DNA from: Octopus sinensis
Taxonomy: Eukaryota
Reading direction: 5' to 3'
DNA length: 64,000 bases
Assembly: GCF_006345805.1 (NCBI RefSeq)
Contig: NC_042997.1
Coordinates: 175,522,001-175,586,000, forward strand
The position numbers were made by a program, and so were the translations under genes. Each line of letters opens with the position of its first letter. Within the stretch, counting starts at the first letter, position 1. Of this stretch, positions 12,372 to 26,245 are shown in pieces. A model generated the notes under the pieces. That model was not told where the DNA came from, did no database searches, and saw only the letters and a list, made by a program, of their open reading frames with translations.

Positions 12372-12649
12372 GTGCTGGAGAGGCTTAGAAAACTTCTCCA
12401 CTCTTTTTCCAAAGCACCAATCTTTCAGTGTCTTTTGCAAAATGGAGTAAGAAGTTCCAGCTTTCTAGACATAACATATCTAAATCCAGGACTATTTTAT
12501 ACATATTACAAATCTACAAAAGCTTCAATAATGTTCAAAGACATTCTTGCCATCCCAGGTGTGTCTTCGGCACATTAGTTCAGAATATCTTAATTAGGGC
12601 CTCCAACCTTTCTACTAACAAGCATATCTTCTACAAAAGGTATTGTTGA
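12372..12649 (+). pseudogene. Decayed Penelope-like RT C-terminal fragment
   Basis: SSFLDIT...YTYYKST and HSCHPRCVFGTLVQNILIRASNLSTNKHIF in two frames resemble the PLE pattern LPFLD...VYRKPT...S.HP...K..L...L.RA..I.S. Confidence 0.55.
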
Positions 12650-12995
12650 ACACCGAAGAGGTGAGTTGCCACTTTATATAATGTTTCAGTCGCAATTATA
12701 TAATCATGACAGTAATTTGACAAAATGTGTGTATGCTTTATATGGCATTGACTACCATACCAGGTTTTTGTTGTTTATTAATACTACAATATGGCTCATA
12801 TTCCACACACTAGCATATCTCAAGGTTTGATGTCCCACATCATACCACACTGGCTATAGGAATGGAGTGTTGGATCCTCCACTGAGCCCAGACTTGGGTT
12901 ATATGTTGCACTTCACAGTACATATATTCTATAATGTGTATGTGGAAGCTATAGACATATATTAGATGCCATGCACCTATATTTATGTCTATATA

Positions 12996-13030
<35 letters not shown>

Positions 13031-13520
13031 CCGGTGTATTTATGCATTTGGATAGCATAAACATATCTTTACACTAGCATACAAGTTTGTATGTATGAAA
13101 CATTTTTTTAATTGTTTGATTGTTTATGATATTGTTGTAAGTACTGCAATATGGCACTAAGTTCTCTATAATGTGACTTAGATTTTTCAATAAGAACCAC
13201 TTCATATATGACACAATTAGCTTTGGTAGAGGCGTAAAGATCACAGTCTTCTGTTACCATCTCCCACCTATAGATTTGATGTAGAAAAGATTTTAGAAGT
13301 TTATTGGTGTGGATCTACTAACAAGCATTTGTGTGTGAATTTTAGTGCTTTATTTAAGACATTAGGAGAATGTAATATGAGAAAGAAACTAAAATTATGA
13401 ACCTATGAAACAAGTAACATCTTCAGGTCAAATTTGTTTATAATGTTGATATTTGTGCCCCACCCTGCCATTCCTCCATATGTTTTTACTGACTTTTTCA
13501 ATTGACTGCCATCCACAGAC

Positions 13521-13551
<31 letters not shown>

Positions 13552-14919
13552 AAAAGGCATGTTCACCTACATAGATATACATACTTATAGAAAATATATG
13601 GCCCCCTCATACATATCAGGGAAATGCATATTATGTATAGAAAAATATGTAGCCTCTTGTATGCATAAACATAGAAAGGTATGTTGTTTCTCATATACAT
13701 ATATTATGTCACATAAATGCAGGAAAGCATAGCCTGTCTTAGAATCACACACACGCACACACACAAACAGAGAAGCATATAACTCTCTTACATACATACA
13801 CACACAGACATATTCATTCTGTTATATTCTTACTGCTATTACATACATATATATGTGCATACATACACTAACATATCATATGCTTTTAGAGAGGCATTAT
13901 GATGTACATTATACATACAGGCTCACATACACACACTAAAATACATTGCCTTGTTTATTTTGTTATATACACTTATATTATCATACACACACAACCTCCC
14001 ACAGATATTGCCCTTACTTCACAATATATGTAAGTAAACTCTTTACAAATATACCATTACAAACATAACTATATTCACACACTATTCTATAAATAATATT
14101 TTAGGTATAATAATAATAATATTTGAGGTTTTGTATTTAAATACATGTCAGTTTTTAACCCATGCCTACAAAGATAATTTCCCTCCTCATCCACTACCTG
14201 GACAATAAAACATCACAATGATGATGATGATGTGACAATTTTGATAATGATTGTATCTATTCATTCAAATACAAAACGAATTTTAAGTGATTCAGTCACA
14301 TTTAATGGTTGTGTATTTATCACATATATATACTTTAATGTTATACCTTTTTGATGCTTTTTCCTTCTCTCTCTTTCTCTCACGTATGTGTGTGGGGGGA
14401 CATTTTCTTTTTTCACACTCTTTTTTTCCCTCATACATAGCAAATATAAATATTTGAGAGATAGCACTAACTATTCATTTCCCTTACCTATTTTAATCTT
14501 TATTTCTGTTGTTAGTCAGCAGTGTGCTGTTTTCTTGTATATAAGTGCTGTTATATGTTTATACACAATTCAATCAACTATCTGTGAATGCTCCCCTTGC
14601 AAAAACAATCTCTTATTGACAAGCACTTTCTTTGCTTGTAGCTGTTTCCTAGTTATCTTTTAAAATCGAGTGCTTTCTATTGTGGCCTCAGGATGACCAA
14701 GACCTTGTGTGTTGAAAAAATTTGGTTGATGGAAACATGTGAAAGCCTGATGTGTGTGTGTGGGTTTGGGTGTCTGTTTATGTTCACCGGTCTTAATCTG
14801 TGCCAAGATACACCCTGTTGTGCCAGTAACTGAAACTTTGTTATAATAGATATTAATAAATTAAGTTTAGTGCATTAGTTCAACAAGCACACACAAGTGT
14901 GTGTGTGTATACATAAATG

Positions 14920-17620
14920 TTAGCATCATCTGCATCCACCAACTCTTAGATTGTTGCAGTTCATCAAACAATTTTTTTACCATTTTTTTAATTATTTCTG
15001 TCTATTGTTGATCTTCTCAAATCAATTGTTGCATCTTCAATCCTGTTATCTCCAAGATGATATCAAACCCAGGTTTTCCAAGTCCTTTTTTTAGAAGCTT
15101 TCCCACTGATCAAAAAATTTTCTAGAGACCATTTACCTCAATGACATGCCAAAATTTCTAAGATTTTGCATGCCTTTTTTTACAAGGCTTAATTCAATTA
15201 TAATTTGGTTTAACTTATACTGACCCCTTTTTTTTCCTTTCTGGCTAATTCTAAGCATTCTTTTGTAACACCAAACTGAAAAACTCTGTTTTTCTATCAT
15301 TTCCTCCTGCCCCACTTTTTTTTCTTAAATTCAGTTTTCAAATGTTTTGGGGAATATTGAAGTGTGCAGCTCTTTTGAAATTGATGAGTTTTTGTGGGGT
15401 TTTTTTTGTTTTTCTGAATGAAGTCTTTCAAGACTTTGCTTTTACAATTCTTTTTATTTCTTTCCTGTCATCACTCTGATTTGTAAAAATATTTCCAGTT
15501 TTACAAAACTCATACATGACTGTGATAGTTTGTTATCAGTTGTAAAGGATTAATTTGATCATTATGCTTGTAAGATAATTATTGATTTAGTTATGTCAAA
15601 ATTAATGAATTCTCCTTTATTTTATTCAACTAAATCTCAATTCTCTTAAGCTTCTCGCAGTAAGAACAGCATCAGTATACCTGTGATTCAGGACCATTTT
15701 TAGCTTTTCTTCATACACTCTGCATAGATGTTAAACAAAGAAAGAATAAGAATACTTTCTTGCCATACCCCAACCACTCAATCTCAAATTCATTCATTCA
15801 GCAAAACCCACCTTTAGTTTTGACAGTTGCTGTTTGCTGAGAATAAAGTGATAGTAATAAGTCTATAAAATGTTGTGCAACTGTCAGTGACCATAATTGT
15901 CATCAATAACTGTGTTGAAAAATTTTTGATACTCAATACAAGCAATAAAAAAATTCATCGGGCTCTCTAGTTTTCTGAATAATCATCTTTAGATTAGAAA
16001 CAACCTTCGGTTTTTTCCCAACTTCTTGTTCTGCTATTTCCATTTCATTATTTGATTTTAGTTCTGTTGAAAATGGTCTTAAGCGGGGTGTTATTAGCAT
16101 GACTTATCAGTACAACTGTTCTTTTTTGTGTGTTTTTTTTTTTTTGTATGGCAGTGGGATGTAAATTGTTTTAGTTCCATTTTTTGTACAGATTGATATG
16201 TCGCCTGTTCCAAAACATTTGTTATTTTTCAGATACTTTTTTGCTTTCTCTTTATGTTTGTTTTACTCTTCAGATTCTCTTTTCATAATGCAATTTTGAC
16301 TTATCATTTTGGTGTCTTCTTGTATAAAGCTGTCCCAGTATTCTTCTCATCACAAATCTTTTATATCTTAGCTATCATAAAGCATATTACCCTCTTTGTT
16401 TAAGCATCATCTCTTAGTGAAATTTTCTTGTTACTAACTTCTTTGTAAAGATTTTTTTTTGTAGATGTTTGTTCTTGAATTTTTTTTTCAATACCATCAT
16501 AAACCTTGATATTTTCTTATCTTTTTCCACAATGGTTTGAATTTAATATCATTCATTAAATTCTGATGTTCTATTGCTATTCTATCAATTTTATCAAATG
16601 TCTTATCTGTTAACCACTTCACTGTTTTGTTGTTATTGTTTTTCTTTGGTAATATTTTTTCTACTACTTCCTGCAATTGCATTTTTAGCTTTATTCCAGT
16701 TTTTCTGAGTGTAATTTTTTTTCCTTTGCTTTACCAAAGTTCTTTATATTTTATTAAAGAAATTCCAACCTTATATTCATTTCAAATGCTTTGCAAGCTT
16801 ATATCTTCTTCATATTTTAATCTTTTTATTGCTGTTAGGATGCAATTTAACTTTCACAAACAAATAAGTTAGTGGTCACTGTTGCAGCCAGCACCTGGAT
16901 ATGTTTTACCTTTTTTTAACGCTATTTTTCCACTACTGTTGCATTATAAAATAATGTAACTGATTATGAACGTTGTAATAAATCAAAATTCAAGTGTAAG
17001 GGCATCTATGATACCGTTAAAACCATTTATTAGAAATCAACTAAACAGCTTCTTTGATACTTAATGTCTTAACCAAAATTGCCCAAAGCTGTTGATTTTT
17101 TATTAGTTTTCTTGCCTCAGCATATTTCCAATCAGAATGGCAATATCTTTTAGGGATGAGATCAATTTCTTCTTAAAGTACATCATAGTATCTATCTATC
17201 TATCTATCTCATCCTTAATTATGATAGAGTATAAGAAATGGTTGTGAGGTTAAAGATTTTCTTCTAAGTCTGATCTTTATTATCCTATTGTTAACTGGTT
17301 TATTTCCAGACAAAGACTTTATGATGGTTATATTCAGAATAACAACAATTGCATATCCATAACCACTGTTGCTTTTAGAGTGAATTTTACCATTTTCTGT
17401 TGTAAAATAGTGCTTCTCTGTTTGTCTTGTTTCTGAAAGTTCAGCCAAAGATATTTCATAACTGTTCCTATTATTGGATATTAGTTATAGTCTACCAATT
17501 TGATGTAAATGTCTTATTCCAGGTGTCAATTTTCATTTCATGTCTAAGGTGGGGTTTGAAATTTTGATCAAAACATCAACAAGTTAACATTACTTTCTTG
17601 ATTTCTTCTTGTTGTTAAGC
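14920..17620 (-). pseudogene. Heavily decayed RTE (Bov-B-like) LINE
   Basis: Minus-strand fragments NNRIIKIRL (APE), KWLTDKTFDKI, NHRYTDAVLTAR (YADD region) and FSVWCYKRMLRIS (RTE C-terminal FEMWCYRRMLRIS). Confidence 0.72.
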
Positions 17621-18289
17621 AACAAGACAGGTAAGGGTGATTAGGTGATGGTCTAGGGCTTAGGGGCAGGAGACCCCAGACCTTGGAAAAAAAAACTTTG
17701 GTCGTCTTGTTGTAGTCAAGGGCTCTTCGTTGACGCCTGACACCACTGGGAGGTGGCCCTCGAAGTCGCTGGAAATGGAGATCTCCAGGTCCAAATTCTT
17801 GAACGGCTGATTTCTTCTGCTAACCTCAGCCCCAATAATTAAACTGCTATCAAGGCCGTCTACAAATCTCAACTTGCAACATCACAATGAGATTTCTTTG
17901 AAGATTCTTTGTCATTCAATTCCTCTGAAGAGCTTGAAAAAAGTGTATGTGTATGTGTGTGTGTTAGTAGGGTCTCCTATCCTTTATGACTTCCTTCCAA
18001 CAAGAATGTTTAGTCACTGCTACTATCTTATAAATCTAAGATAATGGTTCTGTATTAGAATGTTCTTGTTTTAGATTACTTATAATCCAAGACTAATATG
18101 TCTAATCTCTCCTGAGATGGATTTTGAATATGAAGATTTTATCTCATGCCAAGATATTTACAAATAGCTAAAGTTAGCATCCAGAGCCAGTTAGTCACAT
18201 CCGCATGCCAGTTAGTTGCTCTTCTTCCTGCACAGCTCTTGCTTACTTAACTATTACCACTTCTGTGTGGACTTACCTAATTATAGGAG

Positions 18290-19460
18290 CATTGGCTGAA
18301 AATCAATGATATGAGGTTTTGTTGAGAGAGTTAAAGACAGCAGAATGCTAGTTTTGTGTACATGCGTGTGTGTGTTCAATGAGATTATTATTATTTGAGA
18401 ATGAAACCAAGAAATGGTTCTATCAAGTAGTGGTTGAAGGTCTTTGTCAGATTGTTGAGTGTCACAAAATTCTGTTGGTTGTAGACTTCATTGCTAGAGT
18501 GGAACAGAACAACAGGCTATGGTGGAGAATATCTGGTGGTTGTGATATTGACAAGATAAATACAATTGGTACAATTCTACTTTGTGTTTACCTTAAACAT
18601 TACCTCACTAAAACCAGCACCTTTCTTCCAACAGACCAAAAAGATATTTGTTCCAAGCATTGTCACATGACTGATTTTTTTTTGCGAGATGTAATGGCAT
18701 TAAAAATGTTTTCATTGTTCATACCATCAGAGGCACAGAGTACTGAACCAGCCATTGAAAGAGTGTGGCCAAGTTCCATATGAAAATGCATCCTCCCTTG
18801 AGGCTACAGAAGCTTTACAAAAAGACTGCCTACAAAACATAAAATTAGTATTAATGCCTCAGAACTGAGAAATTAAGGGTGTTGGAATTCTGTCTAAGTT
18901 CAGAAAATACTGTGAAACAACATTGGACCTATATCAGTTCTCCTTTCCATTAGGCAGTAGCATAAGAACCACCAAGATTGGCTTGAAGATATCTTGGATA
19001 TCATCCAGAACTTGTTTAAGGACATGCACAAAGCACGCCCAGCAACTTTGGGCAGCCCTTCACCCAGTGATGTCATTCAATCCCTCTGTCTCCCAATTCA
19101 AACAATTTCTGTGGATTTTGGAGTCCTTCTTTAGGAAAGGCACAACATTTTTGTACCTCTCTCTTTGTGTTAATTTAAAATCTTGTGTATAGATTTTGCT
19201 GCTCCTTTTTTTTTTGTTGATAATCATGTTCTTCAGTCACAAACCAATCTTGATGGAACGCACCTGTTGTCGAAAGCATACTTTTGTAGACTCATTCTTC
19301 TTCTTAAGATAGATGTTTAGGTGCGATAAGGAAATATGGCTGCTACTCGAGTTCTTTGATGGCACAGTTATAACTGTCTTCTGATTTAGTCTCTTGCAAG
19401 CTTTCTTTGATTGAATTATTTGATTCCTGTTATAAAATTTTACTAGATGAATATTCTAGT
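18290..19460 (+). pseudogene. Decayed RTE LINE endonuclease region, opposite orientation to the previous fossil
   Basis: KKWFY...KILLVVDFIARVEQ...KINTIGTILL...TSTF...SKHCHMTDFFL aligns by eye with the RTE APE pattern LILLGDFNARVG...N.NG..LL...NT.F...SKHWHLIDYVI. Confidence 0.7.
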
Positions 19461-21099
19461 TTATATATTGTTGTCAACATGTTTGTTAAAGGGATTTGTT
19501 GTTGTTGTTTTTAACGTTCTTGACATTACAGTTGTTTATTCATCATGTCTCGGGTAATCCTGGTTATGGAGTTGTTATTGGTTATTTATCTAGCTAAAGT
19601 ATCTGTGATATCAAAAATAGTTTGGTTTGTTTCCAATAACTAGTCTTCCTTCATTATTTCAATGTTTATGATTTTTTTCATTCACAAAAAACTTTAAGCT
19701 TTCAACCCCTAGTTTTCATTTTATAACAAAACAATGATAATTGTACCTCTACTACTGTTAATCATAATAATTATGTTGATATAGATCAGTGTTGATAATG
19801 AATAATAACAGTAAAAGGAACATTTTGTTTAGTGTTGTATTCTTCAAAGATTTTTTTTTTCCTTACTTCTACTCTTTATCAATGTCCAATTTATAGCGCC
19901 TCATTCTGCTGAGTTATTTTTTTTCTTCTAATTTTTACATCACATTCTTCCTGGCCATTCAAACTCTTGTTAATATTTGTTCTTCCATTTCTTTATTTTA
20001 ATAACCAGATTCTTATCAAACAAAACTTTTAATTTCCAAAATCTTTTTTGTAAAGAATTTATTTATTTTTAATAAATTTCAATATTACTTTTGTGAGGGA
20101 TCATTGAATCAATTACTTATAAGCAGTTTTGAGAGAGAAAATATATTATTTGTATTCTCTTCATTATACACATTTTTGAATTAATGCAGTTAAATTGCTT
20201 ATATTTTTTCCCTTCTCTCCACAAATATATATATATATATATATAAAATAAAATATTGCTTTAACCCTTTAGCATTTAAATTAGCCATATTTGGTCCACA
20301 TATCTACCTGACCTGCATTCAGATTGGCCAGATTCAGCCATTTTCAACTACCCTACTGAGTCATTTTAAAAATAAACAATCACATCATCAAAATCTCAAT
20401 GCTACAATATAATGCATGTTCTATTCAAAACAATCTGAATAAATAAGCATTACATTTGACTGAGTAATCTGGATGCTGAAGGGTTAAAAAATTTTTTAAT
20501 TTCTTAAATTACGCAATTACATTTTGAAACAAACTCTACAGTGTAATTTACATATGTTACGATTATAGATGCTATAAAGTAGTATTATGTAAATAGTGAC
20601 GAAAAATTTAAGTTTTCAAGATGAAACTAAATAAATTGACTTTTTTAAAAAAATTTCTTTTGGGGTAAGGGGGTGGGTAGAAGGCCGTTTGATACATGCT
20701 TAACTCAAAACAGAAAATATTTTTCTTGTTACAATTATTTTATCACATTTTTCTCTACATCATTTTACTTTTTCTTTTTTCAATTTCAAATTTCTTTTAC
20801 TTTCGTTTTGCCGTATATTCGTACATAAATATGCACTCATAAGATGTGCATTCACATAACAAACATTACATCTTTATTCCATCAAACACTTCTGTACTTA
20901 CCTACCATTCCTTGTAATTTGTAACAAACAGTGTTAAATAAATTAATGTTAACCCGTTGAATGTCTTATTGTTTTCCTAACTGCTGCTTCACATTTTACT
21001 CTGCTTAATGCTCTGGAATCAGCTTGTTTGCTACCGCTCATGCTTAAATATCATACATTCTCTTTCTCTCTCTCTTTTCTCTCTTTTCTCTCTCTCTCT

Positions 21100-23072
<1,973 letters not shown>

Positions 23073-23779
23073 TAAGCAAGCATGGCATGGCTGTGTGATA
23101 AGAAGTTTCCTTTCCAAAAGCATTGTTTTGGGTTCAGTCCCACTGCATGGCACCTTGGGCAAGTGTCTTCTACAATGGCTGCTGCAGTCCAACCAAAGCT
23201 TTGTTCATGGATTTCATAGGATGAAACTAAAAGAAATCTCTTGTATGTATGTGGATGTGTTTATGTTTGTGTCCCCTTCTCATGACATTGTGTGTGATAG
23301 TAGTAAATGAGTGTCACTGTCATAGAAGCCATGCCACTCATCTCCTTTATTCTGTGAAAACACACCAACTGATGGGGAAATACTACCTTCCTTGGAAACA
23401 GGAGAGGGCTGGCAACAGGAAGGGCATCCAACTGCAGAAAATCTCCGTTGATAGATGCTAATGTGGATATCATGAGGATAAAACACACACACACACACAC
23501 ACGCGCGCACACATAGTCCATTCAGTGGTTTTGAGACATTTTTAGGAGAGGCAGTTACAGCTGTCCTAGATAATTGTAATATTAGTATATCATGACTATA
23601 CATATGATAAGCTGACCTGCCAAGTTTTGTTATTCCGAATTTAAAGAGATAGTTGTAACAGCTCTTTAAACACGCCTCTCTTAAAACTAATTATCACAGC
23701 TGACTAGTTTGCAGAATGCAGTCAGGATGTAAAATGAATTTGGAAATTTGCTATGCAATAAAGTTTTGTGTTAAACTGG

Positions 23780-24330
23780 GCAAAAGTGCTACAGACTGCA
23801 TATGGATTAACGTGTCTGTACCAAGCACCTGGTTTCTGCTGGCACAAGAGGCCTATCAAAACAATCCACCAGGAAGCTCATGATGATTCCTTTTTTTTCA
23901 ACTGCAGGGGCACTGAATCCCCTCTTGCTAAGACAGTCAACAAAGAATACTTGTGGAGGTTTTGAGTGAGTTCAGGAAGAGATTTCAAAAGGCCAGAGCA
24001 CCCACACCAGTCCACAATTCCATTCTGGTGACCAACTACTTAACCGAAAGGGTCATCAGAACTCTCTCCCTCATGCTCCCTACAGTCCAGATCTTGCTCC
24101 CTGTGACTTCTGGCTGTTCCATTGGCTGAAAAAGAAGATGAAAGAGGCTGTAACAAGAGTCCAGGACACCTTCACTTTGGAGGTCTTTCTTGAAGTGGCT
24201 GGTACACTGCAACAAGTGCATTGAAGTCAGAGGATCCCCAACTTTGAAGGATTTTAGGGTTTTGTACTTCTTTAAAATTAATAAATGTCTCTCCTGAAAA
24301 AGTTTTAAAACTTTCATAATGCACTTTGTA
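23780..24330 (+). pseudogene. Mariner (DD34D) transposase 3' remnant
   Basis: PHAPYSPDLAPCDFWLF motif at ~24070-24120, TVNKEY upstream, NKCIEVRG near the end, and a TA-ending terminus at ~24330. Confidence 0.85.
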
Positions 24331-26064
24331 TATATACATACACACATATATACATACACACATTTGAATTTATATCATCCTTAAAGATGTGATATAAAGG
24401 AGATTTGGTTGTTGTTTCTGGCATATCATCAACCATAAAGAGGCTCCTTTGTTGGCAGTTGTGATTGACAATAGGTTGTGGTTTTTAGCCCCCTTTGGTA
24501 TGAACCTACTTGAGACTGCTGCTGTTTCTTTTATACAAATATCTTGTTTTTAAAGAGATCATCTAAATTTCATTTTATGTTCCAAAAACCAGCTTAATAG
24601 TGGCCAAGTTATTTTCAAAATTAATTGGAACCAAGGTAATGTATTTCAACAGAAATATGGTAACAAAAGGGTTAACCAGGTGGACATGTCATACTCAGAC
24701 TGCATGGATTCGAAAGTTTTTTTACTAAGATCTGACTCAAGAAAACCACTAGAATAGTAGGAAACCAGTAATGGTCTACATTAGCAAATAGTAAGTACTT
24801 CTAACTGTAGATGTGGCTGCGTGGTTAGGAAGCTTGCATCCCAACCATATGCTCTTGGGTTCAGTCCCACTGTGTGGCACCTTAGGCAGCTATTTTCTAC
24901 TATATCCCTAGGCCAACCAAAGCCTGTGAATGGATTTGGTACACAGAAGCTAAAAAGGTCCCATCATGTTTATAGATTCAAACACGCACACACACACAAT
25001 TATTTCTTGCTGCTCTTTGTACATCCTCTGCACTCAGGGCCCACATCTCACTATCATGCAGCATCATAGTTTTTAAAATCCATGTCTGTAGCCTCTTTGT
25101 TTTGACACAGGTGTCATGCAGTCTGCAGTTCACTTTCAGGCAGAAGCCCTTTGTTGTCTGTAATAATGGTATCTCCTTACAGTAAGGTGGCAAGCTGGCA
25201 GAAACGTTAGCATGCCAAGTGAAATGCATAGCAGTATTTAATTTGCCGTTACATTCTGAGTTCAAATTCCGCCTAGGCCGACTTTACCTTTCATCCTTTC
25301 AGGGTCGATAAATTAAGTACCAGTTATGCACTGGGGTCAATATAATCGACTTAATCCATTTGTTTGTCCTTGTTTGTCCCCTCTGTGTTTAGCTCCTTGT
25401 GGGTAGTAAAGAAATAGGTACCTCCTTATGCTTTTTTTTCAACCCATTCTTGCCTTGGCTACTGTACTTTCTGAGCAACTGCCTCTCCTGCAGACTATGC
25501 TACCACCTAGGTAACAGAAGCCATCAACTATCAAACCAGCAGGGCACTTAAGAGAGTCTATTTCTGGTGGACAACATAAGGAGCTTATACCTATACCTTT
25601 TCTGCCTGTTGGGCAAAGTTATTTCCCTTATGATACAGGAGTCTTGTCTTCTTTCCTGCATAGCATCACTTTAATCTTCACTAAATTTTCCTTGAGTCCT
25701 CTTGATATTAAGTTTAACTTCCATGCCTGGGTAATTTCACTATAGGTTCAGAAAGAAGAACCACATCATTAACTAGTTAGAGATCCCATGGGCAACCAAT
25801 CTTAAATTCCTCCAGGATGGACTATAGGACTATATTGAATAGAAGGGGACTGAGGATTGAATCTTGATGGACTCCTATTCTCAGGCTAAATTTATTACGG
25901 AAACTGAATTTGTTACTGAATGTATGTGAATATATGTATATATATATATATATATATAATGGGAAGGTTTACAAAAATAAACAAAAGACGAAGGCAGGTG
26001 GAGTACAAACAAACAATTGTATTAGTATGGCGCTCAGGAATAGAATATATATATATATATATAT

Positions 26065-26245
26065 ATACTACAAAATTAGAAAATGGAGAAACATACTTAA
26101 ATCAATAAAACATCAACTAACAGATGATACCCAATCAATACTTTATTGATATGTAATGGTGTAATAAAGTATTGATTGGGTATCATCTGTTAGTTGATGT
26201 TTTATTGATTTAAGTATGTTTCTCCATTTTCTAATTTTGTAGTAT
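26065..26245. repeat. Perfect inverted repeat, 83-bp arms, 15-nt loop
   Basis: 26065-26147 is the exact reverse complement of 26163-26245 (checked base by base). Confidence 0.97.
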
